A program made the position numbers and the translations under genes. DNA of 64,000 nt. Origin: the human T2T-CHM13v2.0 reference genome, Homo sapiens. Of the stretch, positions 17,331 through 31,405 are shown piece by piece. The number at the start of each line of letters is the position of its first letter. Within the stretch, counting starts at the first letter, position 1. Under the pieces are notes generated by a model. The model was not told the DNA's origin and searched no databases. It worked only from the letters and a program-made list of their open reading frames with translations. The stretch lies in the NCBI RefSeq assembly GCF_009914755.1, contig NC_060928.1. The stretch is one strand, 5' to 3'.

Positions 17331-18899
17331 CACAGTACTCAAAGTCACAGATTGTTAGGAAGATGGCATTTATAATACAGGAGAAATGTGGTCTAGTAAC
17401 AACAGAAACCCCTGTTACATGTAGGGTTCACTTGATTGTTTTATTCAACTAAAGAAAGTCTTAAAATCAGAGTCAATGGCCGTAAGTGGTTTATAAGATT
17501 GTAAAAATGTATCTTTTTCATGTGTTTTCCCATATAAAAATAATTTTATCATGCTTCTCAAACATATAATTAGTTTTGATTGGTTTACTTTTGTGAAATT
17601 TTATTGATCCATTCATTAAACAGCTTATTCTTCAAATAAAACAGTGTTAAAGTCTGTATAAATTACCACTGAGACAGGATTTCAGTCGACTTCCAAGTAT
17701 GCCAAAAAGCTTTTCTCATAGTTCTAGAATATCATTTGCAAGCATACGCACATAATGAATCTAAATGAATGTAAATCACTCAAATCTATCAGAGGCCCCA
17801 CTTCATTAGGAATACATCCTTCTAAAGAAATTAGTTCATCATTCCATTTTTACATTAGTTAGGAGTTCTTTTAATTATTTTAGTCTTATTGAAGTACTGT
17901 AAAATGGCACATATCAATATCCTTGTCCCATCACTATTTACTACTGGAATGATGTTCAATCCTGACTTTGAACACTAATATTATTTTCTTCCAATAATAT
18001 ATATTAGCAAGTTAACGTAAAGAAAGTCCCGATAACCTGTTAGCATGCTCTCAGTAAAACCTTCCTGGAAGTTAAAAAAGCAACAGTTTTTAGATTAGAT
18101 TTTCAGAGCACACCAAAAGCAGAAACTACACACACCCTTAGAAGAGCACTCCCTCCCACCTGCCTCCTCCGGCTATTGTGCTGAAGCAGGAGGCAACCCA
18201 ACATGTGGCTGAATCAATACCCTTAGCTACAAAATAAAAAGGTTCTTTATTAGCTATCACATTTGAACTAGCAGGGGACCACTACCTCTAAGTGAATGTG
18301 TTTCAAGTTTTCATCAAAACAGAGGAAAGGGGTGTTACATGTCACAGAGGGGCCAAGCCAGGCCTCAACGAATTAGAGAAAATGATCAAAATAATTAATT
18401 ATATTGATCAGTGCTAGCCAGTTATCAGGTAACTGATAAAAAACAAAAATATGTGCTAGGAACATAAACTAGATTTCCATCCTCTATTTTAAGGTGACTA
18501 TAGAGGTAGGTTCTCTAAAATTCAGATATTTTATTTGTAGGATTTTCAGTAGAGTTTTATCTTGATTCCCCCACCAAGTTTTATATACCTGGAAGGCAGA
18601 GATCATTCTGTTTCTTTATACTCCACAGCATCAAACTCAGGTTTTTAAACTCATTGAAATGATCTAGTCAACCACTAAAACCTTATAATTCAAAGATACT
18701 TTCTTTTACAAAAAATGCTGAACCACATTTCTTGATGATCAACAGGTATCTTTACCAATAGGCAACCATTTTAACTATTTAATTATCTATTTATGAAAAC
18801 AGACAGTAGAAAACAGAAAATAAAAGTGTTAAGAAAAAATGAAATAACCCATAATATCACCATTCAGAGAAATATTTAGTGTATTTCATCTAATTGATC

Positions 18900-19450
18900 T
18901 ATTAATACATTTAAGACTGTGTATTTCTGCATATATAAGAAGTACTGAGATCATGCTTATATATTGTTCTATACCCTGGTTTTTTTCACTCAGTATTATA
19001 AGAAACAGCATTTTCCTGTATCTTGAAAGTTATTAGAAATATTTAAAACATCTACTAGTCCTAAATAATAGCAACATACCAAACTTTGTTGAATAATTCT
19101 CCTATTAGTTGTTGTTTTCCAGGTCTTGCTAATACTGCAATGAATTGTTGTAAATGTTTGTCCAAATTTCTCATTATTCCCCTAGGATCGTTTCCTAGAA
19201 GTGGAGATATTGGGTCAAAAGGTAAAGAAACAAGGCTCCTAGCATATTGCCAAACGGCTTTCCAGAAAGGATATCCCAGTTTAGACTGTCATTAGGAGAA
19301 TATGTGCATTCTCATTTATAAAAGCAAACTATTCTAAAAATTTTGTCAATATGAAAAGCAAGGAATAGGTTTTATTGTCTTAATTATGTCTTTGATATTG
19401 AGATAAAATCTTACGTTTATTAGCCTTTTATATTTTCTCTTCTGTCTCTA
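18900..19450 (-). mobile_element. Old L1 (L1M) 3' fragment
   Basis: ttgttgaataattctcctattagttg...tttcctagaagtggagatattgggtcaaaaggta...atattgccaaacggctttccagaaagg. Confidence 0.7.
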
Positions 19451-22094
19451 AAAATTCTTGGTGTTTTTCCTTATCAAATTGAGCCATGAACTATTCAGCA
19501 CCTAATTTAAATAACCCATGACTTGCCACCTTCAAGGATAGTCACATGTTCCCAAGTCTTCATCCACTAGACTTAGGCCTTATCTGTCTTGTCATAATGT
19601 TATCTTTGTCAAAACTTTTAAACCTAAACTTCACCTTTTCTGATGGACCTTTCCTTAGGTGACAGAAAGCATATTAGAAATGTTATTTTTCTTTTCCAAA
19701 GAATTAGCTACCTAAAAAATTATCTCCAATTATTAAGAATTTCCAAGTTAGTTGTTTGAAAATTGAGCATATAATAAAATGTTTATTGAAAATATATTAA
19801 AATGAAAATATATCCATATTTAAACTTCATGCAAAATATTTTTTGCCTAGCAGGTCCTTTTAACTATTATATCTCAAATAAGTTCACGGTACAATGTCCC
19901 AAAGTAGGTAATTTACTAACTCAGTCCTAAATTCTGTTTTTTAACCAGTGATTTTTCCTTAGGAATGTAAGGAAAATATACTTTATTTCTCTTCGCTAAA
20001 AATTCCCCTACACATAATTGAAAATTGGATAATTTCCCTAAAATCACAAGAGAAGGATGAATCTAAATGACATAATGTCTATAAAGTCCTTTAAACTGTG
20101 TTTTTTTAAACTACATAAATTCCAATAACTACCATTATACATGATGTTTTCTATAAAAGCTATTAAGTACGTCACATAAAAAATTAGGTACCTTTAAAAA
20201 ACAATGTTTATTTTTCAATGTTTGAATTGTTAAATTCAAAAACCATGTCCAACTTTTAGAAAATATGCTAATAATCTTGTATATACATGTAAATTTCCCA
20301 TTGTTATGAAATGTAAGTTGTAATCAAATGCTATCTAAACTCAGTTCATCTCAAACCAGCTGGCTGCTTCTCACCCATACCATTCCAAGTCAAGTTAACT
20401 ATGCTTTCAATGAATGAAACAGTGCTTAAGTTATCTAATAATAAAGTTTTGAATACAAGTGATTAAAATGAGGCAATGGACAGAGAAGTCTCCAAGAAAC
20501 TACACCATCGTCCAAGAATTAACAAATCCAGATTTTCTCAAATCTTCAGTTCACAGTATATTCCCCTTTAGATAAGCAATAACAGTAGTTTATGGGCTTC
20601 AAATTTATGGAGACTTAATTCAGGGAACTGTTAACACTACATCCTAGTTTAACTGCAGAAGCTTAAATCAAAGTTTAAAATACAGAAATAAAATTAAAAT
20701 ACAACCTGGTGTCTTGTGACCTATGTACAACGGCCAGGGACCTTTCACTATAACTCAAAGAAGCAGAATCCCTAAAAGAATGTATTTTTCTTACCTATCC
20801 GCAAGTTAACATGAACATCTTAGACTGAGAGGTGAAAAAAGGTCACTCCAAGCAGTGAGTATTTGTATACTGGCCATTCAGATTTCTTTCTTACCTAAAA
20901 TAATTGAGGTAATAATGCTATAATTCATGTGCCCACACAGTACAAGAGTATCACACATCATTTGGCCAGGAGTAGTGACAAAAATATGCTTTACAGACTA
21001 CTGTCAGGGTTCAGATACACAGAACATGTATAGTCACCAAAGACATAAGCCAAACTAAACCTTACGAGGAAACCTTAGATAATCTTCAGTACTCCGACCT
21101 TCAACTCAATGTCATCTTATACAATTTGGGAGACCTAAATTGCAGTTTCTTGCTATATTCCAACTACACATTTTTTAGTTGTAGCAAGAGCTTAATGTCT
21201 TTCATTTTGGCTGGTTGCATCAACTGCCCGTCCCCCACCCGCCCACCACCCACCACTGGCCCAAACAAAGAATCAAAGAAACTAGTTCTAGGTTCCAAAC
21301 TATTTTTGTTTTGGGGCCCAGCAATTGGTAGCAAATCATCCTGGCTATAACCACATTTTGTTGTTGCTGTCACTTGGGGAAAAATTTCGAATACAGAAGA
21401 GGACAGGCAATAATATAGCATCTAACAAAATATCCACATACTTAATATTTAGATTTAAAAGATGTTAACATTTAATGAAATCCAAATCCAATTCAAATAT
21501 TTTTCAAAATAAAATTAAAATATTACAGACAAGGGTAATGTGTTTGTTCCCCTGTCCCTCCCTCTCCAGGGTCAAGCACTAATTAAATTTTGCTTGATAT
21601 CTTTGTTCTGTATTTTTATACTTCCATTATATGCACACATAAACAAATGGACATATTCTATGTGGTTTTAGATTTTTATATAAACGGCATCACAAGGTCT
21701 ATATTGCTCGACACTGGTTTTTCTTTCTTTTTAATTCAACACAATGCTATTGAGATCTATCCTTAAACCTTCTGGACAGTGTCGTCCTACTCACATCATC
21801 TTCAGACAATGTCACATCAAAAGATACTTATGTAAGGTGCCATATGCATAGACAACCAGAGCAAGCTCTAAGATTAACTACTAAGCAGGCAAAATTTAGT
21901 CTTCAGTGTTGCTAGAATAAATAGTTTTCCTTTATCTTGCTTCCTCTGCAACACATACCAAGATGAAGGAACTCCAGGCCTCCTCTTCCTCTCCTTCCAC
22001 ATTCTTCCCAAGTAAAGAACAAGAAAATCCACTTATAAAACTTAACGCTGCACATTTTAGGGAGACAGCATCAATTTAAAAAAGAGGGTTTCCG

Positions 22095-22290
22095 GGTTGG
22101 TCAGAGCTGGGCTATAACACATCCAGTTGTTGCATTTACTAATTGTGTCATCCTGGCCAAGCTACTCACCCTCTCAAAAGTGTAAGTTTCCTCATCAGCA
22201 AAGCAGGGTTATCACACCTGTCTCCTGGGGTCGCCATAGGGACTAATGCCTGGAAAGCACATCACGACTGAGACTCGGTGAACACAATAA
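22095..22290 (+). mobile_element. MIR
   Basis: gtcagagctggg...atttactaattgtgtcatcctggccaagctactcaccctctc...agtttcctcatcagcaaag. Confidence 0.7.
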
Positions 22291-22894
22291 ACATCCAAGG
22301 CAGCACTGACCATTGCTGCACACACCCTCCGCTGCAGACATCAGTGGGTGGCTTTCATTCTTTGCAGGGAGGGGTGGGTGGAGCTGTGCCATTCTTACTG
22401 TTAGGAAAGCAATGTATCCCCTTAATCACTTATTTTCCTGGGACTGACTTATTCCTAAAATTACAGTGAAAATTGGTTAAATTTCAGAAGACTGAAACTA
22501 TATTAGAATACATAAGTGAAGTAAAAAAAGATCAAGCTGGAATTCTAACTAGATTTTTGGCTAAGTATTCACAGTTTGGAGATTCAGATTTAGCCTTTCA
22601 ATAATAAAATGCAGGCACTGTCTATTGGTAATTTAATTGGAAGAGAGATGCAGAAACAAGAGAAATGTGGAGAAGGAGTAAAAAAAAATGCTCCTTCCTT
22701 TATTAGGAACAAAAATTAGCTTCATCTAAGAGTCTTATAATGGCAACTTGAAATGTATTTTCAAAAACTCAACTGTCAGCACATTCTAGGCTTACATTCT
22801 TTTCCTTATTTATATTTTCTAAAAGCACATAATTTTTATCTTTTAATCTGTGACTGAAATCTCCCTCTCTGACCCAGACCACAACACTGTGAAT

Positions 22895-22954
22895 ATGCAC
22901 ATACGTGCATACACAGGTGCACATGTGCGCACACACACACACACACACACACAC
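22895..22954. repeat. (CA)n microsatellite with alternating purine-pyrimidine flank
   Basis: gcacatacgtgcatacacaggtgcacatgtgcgc(ac)12. Confidence 0.9.
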
Positions 22955-23479
22955 CCCTTAGTTATGCTTCATCCCAAAAGGATGACTGAGTGTCCCATCA
23001 CACCCCAGGTGACAAACTGTTGAGAGTTTAGAGCAGAAATACATATCACTTGAGCTTTTCCAGTCTGTGTGGCCTTGTATTTATTTTCAAAAGAAGTTTA
23101 AGACAGCAATCTCAATCTGCAATGAATAACTGATCAAAACTAGAAGCGTCCCCTATGTTATCTTTCCACACAAGCATAATATTTTCATAAATATTTGAAC
23201 CTCAAAACCAAATAAGAAATAAACAGCCCCAACTTCTGTATTTTACCTAGTGTTTATTGAAAGCTTCTAAATAGCTATATAGCACTCACTCTTCGTAAGT
23301 CACAGGGTATAACTGTATTCTGTTCTTAGCCTCTTAAATATCATAGGGAATCATCCCTATCACTGTGAGGATTATTTTAGAGGATGGTGGTAGAAATGCA
23401 TCATTTCCTAAAGTAACTACTATGTTTCCAAAAAATAAATTCTTTTATCCACTACTACATGAAAAGCTTTGAGACTTAA

Positions 23480-24590
23480 AGAAAAATAGAAATACAGCTG
23501 TAAGAATACATTGAAAAATGCCTTCATGAACTTAGAGTAGAGAGGGGTTTCTTAGGCAAGGGATATAAAGCACAAACCTTAAGCAGTAAAAATTGAAATT
23601 TTGATGACATCAAAATTTAAAGCATCTGTATGAAAAAGAACATTATAACAAAGTTAAAGCACAAGCAGTAGACTGGGAGAGCATATTTTCAACTCACATA
23701 ACCAAAAGTTTAATGCGCAGATTAATACCTTTGACAAATCAATAAACAGACATTAACTCACAAGTAATATAGGTAAATAGGATATGAACAGCAATTTATA
23801 GAAGAGGAAACTCAGTCTGACAAACCTATGAAAATATGCCCAATTTTCCTGTAATGAGGAGATTCACATTTAAATTACAAATGATACACTACTTCCTACC
23901 CACAATACAAAGCGTAAGCAAGGATGTGGCAAATCAGTACCTTACACATACTGATGAGAACGTAAACTAGTACAAACATACTGGCTACTGGCAGGCATTA
24001 TGCAAAGTTTATAAAATGCAAGATGTATACATTTCTTCATTACACAGAAATTCTACTTCTAATTATATATCCTAGAGAAATCTTTGCTCTTGGGTATAAG
24101 CAGACATTTACAAAATTTGTCTCTGCAGCACTACTTTTATCAGCAATAAAACTGGAAACAATCTAAATGTCCATTAATAGGGAACCAGATAAGCGATAGA
24201 ATACTATCAGGCAATTACAGTAAAATAAACTACATCTAAATGTATCATCACACATAAAGCTCAAAAATCATTAGATGTTTTGCAAGGGTAAGATTCCATT
24301 TATGTAAAATTGCTAAATATACGCATACACCTATATATGCAGGATAAAAACATGGGCAGAAAATACATATGACATTCTTGACTTGGACTGCTTCCGCAAA
24401 GACAGGGAGGAAGTGAAAAGGGTGGGGAAGGGATCCAAATCTGATTTGAACTTTGTAATATTCTGTCTCTCATTTAAAGAAAGATCTGAACCCAATGAAA
24501 AATTAACATTTGTTAACTCTGGGGAGCAAATTATGAGTACTATAATTTTGCTTTTGTTAATTAATTTAAAAATAATAAAGAGATAAATAA
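23480..24590 (+). mobile_element. Old L1 (L1ME/MC-like) ORF2 end and 3' region, degraded
   Basis: catcaaaatttaaagcatctg...gactgggagagcatattt...ggatatgaacagcaatttatagaagaggaaac...aaaactggaaacaatctaaatgtccattaatagg. Confidence 0.8.
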
Positions 24591-26419
24591 GGCATCATAT
24601 GAAAATTCCTAACCACTGTCTAGATGATATGGCCTCTGTTCAGTTCAACTAATTCAACTTTCCAGTAGATAACTATAATCCACCTTGATTGTTACTGATC
24701 TCAAATAAATTGCATTTTGACCTTAATGTTATTTTTCAAAAAAAATACTCAAAAATTATTACCAGTTGGTCAGACTTAAATACATTAAAGACTTGTGGAA
24801 AATAATTTGTCACTTATACTGATGTTAGACGTGAGAGCTTCTGAAAGGAAATTTATGTGATAATTATTTTTCCTTTACCTTTTGCCTTATAAAATATTTA
24901 GTTTTTACTATAAAAATACTACTTAGCAATAACAGCTGAATAAATCATAAATGTAAATCTAGATAAGTCACTATTTCCATGTCCAGAGACTCCATGAATA
25001 TTCAGTCAGCAGGCCAATTACAAACCATGAAGTTATTAACAGTATTAGGGTTATTAACAAAAGTATTTTTAAAACAGTTTTTCATGATATGCATAAATGC
25101 AAATCTTTAAAATATTTTGCAACTGATTTGCCTACAGAAAAATCTGTTAGGCTCAAAATTTCCAGTGATTCACCTAATACCAATTAATAAATAAAACTCC
25201 TCCTATTTACTCAGTTAACTTTGCCTTATCTCACTAAGTGAAAGGATCATTATGTAAGAACAGTGCAACTTAAAATAATAAACAGAAAAGAAAAGAAAAA
25301 GCAAAGGATTGTCGATCTAACCTAAGAACCTGAAAGAACCATTCTTACAGGATCGCAGGAACTGAAGGAGTCAAATTTCAGGCCTGATAGAATGATGGAG
25401 CAGGAGGAAAGATCATTAATATAGAGGAGAAATAAATGTTAGAAATAATGATTTTTATGTAGTATTTTTATTCTGCCCTAATAGCTCTTTAAAGTTGCTC
25501 TATTCGCTTAGGAAATAAACTATACTATGAAAAATGTATTTTATTCATCATGCTTGCTTTTCAGATTATTATAAACAAACAATTTCATTTGCTCTCAAGT
25601 GGTTTTAATAGATGTTACAACAAATGGCCCCATAACTTTAAAGAATCTAGAAGCAGGCAAAAACCTGCAAGAAAAAAAGCAGCATTCTCAGGGGGCATGT
25701 GCAGGGTCCATGCCTCCCTCCACCCGTCTGTCTAGGGCTGGTTTAGGAAGCAAGACAAATGTATCCATGAAGCCTAGATCCTAACTGAACAAAATGCTCA
25801 TCAGCCCAGAACTCTCTACTTCTCTGTGAAAATGGTAGTGCCATCTGGAGGCAAAGATGATCTTGTTCTTACATGTGAGAGATTTATTACACTCTCAAAT
25901 AAAATCATTACTGCTGCTCTTTTAATAATTTTTCGTCCTAGAAATAATACATTCTCATTGTAGAAAATTTGGTAAATACAAAAAGAAAAATAAACAAAGC
26001 AAGTAATCCTATTACTCATAGACAAACACCACTGATTTCGAGGCATTTTCTTCCACTAAGAAAAAAATACATGCATTTCTTCCCACTGAGAATAAAATAT
26101 ACACATACGTAACTGAGCAGACACAAATTCTGTCTATAGAGCTGCATATCATAATATTAAATATAAAAAATAAATTGTAATGATTTCCTATAAATTTTCT
26201 TCATAGACATAGCTGCATTTTTATATCATAATAAGAAAAAAATAAGTTTACCAAGATTTGGCTAATCGCCAATTCACTGGGAAAAAAGTTATTTAAATTT
26301 TTGTAAATTATGCTAAATTAACATCATCATACATAAATCTTTTTCCATATGTATAACAACTTCCTGATGACACACTCCTAGAAACTGGATCTTTTGAGGT
26401 ATATAAAGACAATGATAAT

Positions 26420-26670
26420 AATAATATAGCAAATACATTTATGTAGGACTTACTATGGGACAAGCACTTTTCTAAGCACTTTACATATTCTAACTAACTC
26501 AGTCCTTATAACAATACTGTTTGGTACATTCTATCATCTCCATTTTACAGATGAGAACACTGAGGCACCAAAAGGTTAATAAATAATTTGCCTAAGATCA
26601 CACAGCTGATAAAGTGGTAAAACTGAGGACACCTGGCTGAAGAGTCCATGCTCTGGAATCAAGTTACACT
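26420..26670 (-). mobile_element. MIR
   Basis: ctccattttacagatgagaacactgaggcac...taatttgcctaagatcacacagctgataaagtgg. Confidence 0.85.
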
Positions 26671-26885
26671 ACTTCTGATAGTGCATGCTGCCAAATTACT
26701 TGTGTCTCTTTCTACTCTCCACTGGATGCCATCCAAGAGCGATGGTCTCTATGCTCCCTATCCACCATTTGCTTTTTCTGAAAATCCAATTTAAAATGAT
26801 ACCAAATTGTTGCTTTCACTTCTATTTCTCTATTTAGTAGCATGATTAAACAGTTTAGAAGTTCATACACTCCATATGTATTTGC

Positions 26886-27205
<320 letters not shown>

Positions 27206-28799
27206 TGAGCTGCCTGTTCATGTCTTTTCCTTGTTTTTTCCCTCCTCTCTTGGAAGTCTTCATGGTCTTCTTATTGATAAGTATTAGCTCTTATTATGGA
27301 GATATCAACCTACTCATCATTTCCCAAATTTTGTCTTAATTTTGTTTGGCATATGGGAATTTTGAATTTTTATATAATCAAAATGTTCAGTGTATGTATG
27401 CATGTGTGTATGCATGCGTGCACACACGTACTTCCTTCTACCGCTCTCTTCTTATAAAGACTTATAATGACTTCTCTATCCAAGAGTCAGATATGTGTTC
27501 AACTCAGTGTTTTTCTCAATTGAGGTTCTCTTTAAACCATCTGGAAATTATCTAGTGTATGGTGTTGGCATTATATCTTAAGCATAGTGAGATTGTAAAG
27601 ACTTGATACTATAGATGGTTTTATATAATATGTTTTTATCTTCATGCAGTTTTTAGACTAGATGGCAACATATGCTGACTTATTACAACAGAATTACTCA
27701 ATCTGAGAGAAAGTTATAATCTAAGACACTTCTATTCTGGTTACAGGCACATCAAAAACATCTCAAACACGAAATTTATTCTTACCTTTAAAAACCCACA
27801 GAGCAAAAACTCTCATGGGCCTTTTCCCAAAACAATAATTCCAGCCCAGTGTTTAACAATAATATAAAATGAGCAGATTTTTCATAGCTGATTTAAATCC
27901 CTAACAGGGTTTCTTTTGTTTTCATTTCTGTTGTCCAAAGAAGATACTATATATTTTGCAATCACCTGCTTAACAGTGCTTATATTTGAATAGCATTATA
28001 TATTTAGTGACGTTTAATGTGTGGGGAAGAGGGAGAGATTTCTGACATTTTTACTGGATTCTCAGGCTTTCCTCTAAAGCACAGGTCCCTATAATCAGAA
28101 CACTAGACAACAGGGCATGATCAGTTTTGAGTTGTATGCCAAGTAATTTGTTAATAATATTGATGTTTGTGAATGACATACTGTTAAAACAGAAACACAG
28201 GAAGGGTCCATGATTCTTCCTATAATAAAGCCACTCTCGTTTACATTCTGATGGTGTTCACAAGTGAGAAAAGAGGCGGAGATGAAAACCATCACAGTAC
28301 ATCACTGTGCAGCCTATCTTATCTATGTTATAGTCCATAATAAGCAATTCTTACTGAGTCATATTTCTATGCTGAGTATTGATTTTTATGAATATCACAA
28401 AAACAAAACTTGTGCTATTTGCTTTACTGCCCACACACACATACCCACACAATGCTTTTCAATCAAACCACCATGGAGCATGTGATATATGTAAATGTTA
28501 ATCTTCATTTGTATTGCTCTAAAAAAAGAGTTTAAAAATCACTAAGATATCTTCATGATAATCTCTATTTTTGAAGTTCAGAGAATACAGTTCTCAATTA
28601 AGTTCTCACAAAGAACTAGAAGAATTTCCTCTCTCTACAATAATGTTAGAGGTTGAATTTATTAATACTACATTGTTAATTCATTTCAAAATGGAATCTC
28701 TTAGGTCATACTCTCATATGAGTAATTATTTACCCATTGTAGTTCCTATTTGTTCCTATTCCTCTATTTCAATTTTAATTGAAACTAATAACAATCAAC

Positions 28800-29010
28800 A
28801 ATAATAAGCACTAAGATTTGTATTGAGCACTCTCTACATGCCAGTACTTTACATAGATTAGCTCAGAAAATTTCCCAATAGCATAGGAGGAAGGACTGTT
28901 AGTGTCACTATTTTACAGAGGTGGAAGGAAACTCATTCTTAGAGAGGATAGGTAACTTGCTCAAGGCCATATGATGAGCAAGTGGAAGTATGACCTAAAA
29001 GCTGGCTTTC
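28800..29010 (-). mobile_element. MIR
   Basis: tattgagcactctctacatgccag...attttacagagg...ggtaacttgctcaaggccat. Confidence 0.65.
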
Positions 29011-30739
29011 CACTCTTCTACATGTTCATTTCTTACATATTCTCCCATTTACCAAGATTACTCTGACTCCTGATAATATCCTCCCTAGAGGATGCTATCT
29101 CTTTACCTGCCAACATCTACACACTCTTTAACCCTCATCTTTTTCAAATGTATCTCTAGCCTGTTTACATGGGTCACCCTGCATTCTCTATTTCACGGTT
29201 GTTTTTCCTTTTTTTTTTTCTTTTTGTCTGGCTAGCCATCTTGCATAAATATTTACCACATGTTATGAGATGTAAACAAATGCATAACATAGCATCACTG
29301 GTGAACAAACAACTCAAATTGCATTTTCAACTATAAATGTTCTATTGGTAGTGGATCACAATGGTCCTCTTCCTGCTACGTAGTTATATTTTAACAACAA
29401 CCAAGAGAAAGAGTTCTTAATCTGGGGCTCATGGGTTCATGAAATGGTTGGCGAAGGAAGGGCCCACGAATCTTCTGAAGCTATAAGCAAAATTACATGT
29501 GCAAGTATGTATAGCGTCCTGGTGAGCAGGTATAAATTTGTTAGTAATTCTCCCATATTCAGAAAAGATTATTTGCATCGAGAATGGCACAGGCCCTCAG
29601 TGAAAAGGCCAAAGAAGACATGATATAAAATACTTCTTACGTACTCTTAGGTGGATAATGATAATGAGCTGGATAGTCTAGAGCCATATTTATTCGTGGG
29701 ACCAATTTAATGAGCTTTTTAGAATAATATTAATGGCAACATTCTTTACATATCAGTGACTGATGATCAATCTGCAGTGTACTGTTTTGGAAAACATTCT
29801 GATTACCATTAATTTTTCTCATTATTAAAGCATCTGTAAATGTACTTTGTAAAAGAAACTATCAGATCCTTCCTCCCAAAAACATGTTGCTTTTGCCCTT
29901 TCCAATCATTAATTTTCTGTTCTCCACCAGCTCACAATATTACCAGACAGTTCATTTCAATAATAATTAAGTCTTACTAATGATAATGCTTAGAAAAGCA
30001 ATGTGACCAACCTATTTAAATAGGGAATAATTAATCAATGATTGTATGATCAGTTTTTGAAACTGATGTAGGGTACAGTTTTTGTTTGGCCAGACCCTTT
30101 GAAGACACATCTTCCTGTGTTCTTAGTACATGGGGTTGGGTGAGACCAAACCCCCACCACCTACATGCATACACGTCCACTCACGTGAGCACACAAGCAA
30201 CACCCCTACTTAAGGCTGGATGAGTGACCCAAGCCAGATCAATCAGAATCTGTCGAGAAAGGTTATTCCTTTTAACCTGAACAACGAATGAAAATAAAAG
30301 CCCAGAGTGACGCTGGCCAGAAAATATAACTGAATAAAAAAAGTAAAGCCCTAGTAGATGCAGACAAAGAAACTATAGGATGACACCATTCGAAACCTAG
30401 GATCTAACCAAGCCTGAGGTGTACTTCCTGAATTCCCATTTGTTTAAGCCAAGAGATTCTATTTTCTTTAAGCTAATATGAGACGGGTCCTTGTGCTGTT
30501 TGCAAACCAAGAGTACTGACTAATCATATTACATTCACTTATAACTATCACATAATTTTATTAACGAAATTAGTATTTAATTTCTAACTGTTCCCTCCCT
30601 ATGTTCTCAAAACATTATTTGGTACCTCCAGAATAACACCTACCACAACCTACTTTGTAACCGGATCTTGAATGTTATCTAGATTGGGTGTTCCTAAAAG
30701 TGAGGACTTCCTCATTTTCCACTCTGACCACATACCCAG

Positions 30740-31152
30740 TGACATAGTTTGGATCTCTGTCCCCACCCAAACCTCATGTCAAACTGTAATCCCCAATGTT
30801 GGAGATGGGAGCCTGGTGGGAGGGGATTGAATCACAAGGGTGAATCCTTCATGAATGGTTTAGCACCATTCCCTTGCTGCTGTCTTGTGATAGGGTTCTC
30901 ATGAGATCTGGTTATTCAAAAGTGTGTAGCAGCTCCCCACTCCTTCTCTTGCTCCTGCTCCAACCATGTAAAATGCCTGGCTCCCCTTTCACCTTCCACC
31001 ATGGCTGCAAGTTTCCTGAGGCCTCCTCAGAAGCCGAGCAGATGCCTCCATGCTTCCTGTACAGCCTGCAGAAGTACGAGCCAATTACCTTTCTTTATAG
31101 ATTACCTAGTTTCAGATATTTCTTTACAGCAATACAAGAACAGACTAATACA
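30740..31152 (+). mobile_element. MSTA-type MaLR solo LTR with a 5-bp TSD
   Basis: TGACATAGTTTGGATCTCTGTCCCCACCCAAA...CAGACTAATACA (TG...CA). CCCAG is duplicated at 30735-30739 and 31153-31157. Confidence 0.92.
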
Positions 31153-31289
31153 CCCAGGACTAGGCTTTGACCAAGTCAAGTGCTTATATAAATGCTTGCT
31201 GAAAGAAAATCAGTACTGAACAGAGCACATATATGACACTATACTTATTAGACAATGTAGCACCTCCCTATTTTTAGGACTCAACTACC

Positions 31290-31405
31290 TTTTTTATAAT
31301 AAAATATACATAAAATTTGCCATATTCACCATTAAGTTAAGTGGCATTAAGCACTTTCACACTGTTGTACAACCATCACCACCATCCATCTTCAGAACTC
31401 TTTTT
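31290..31405 (-). mobile_element. L1MA/MB 3' end fragment
   Basis: ataaaatttgccatattcacc...gtggcattaagcactttcacactgttgtacaaccatcaccaccatccatc. Confidence 0.75.

Noticed and set aside
30130-30530. Possible ancient ERVL LTR (LTR16/33-like)
   Set aside because: Too diverged to assign without a Dfam search.
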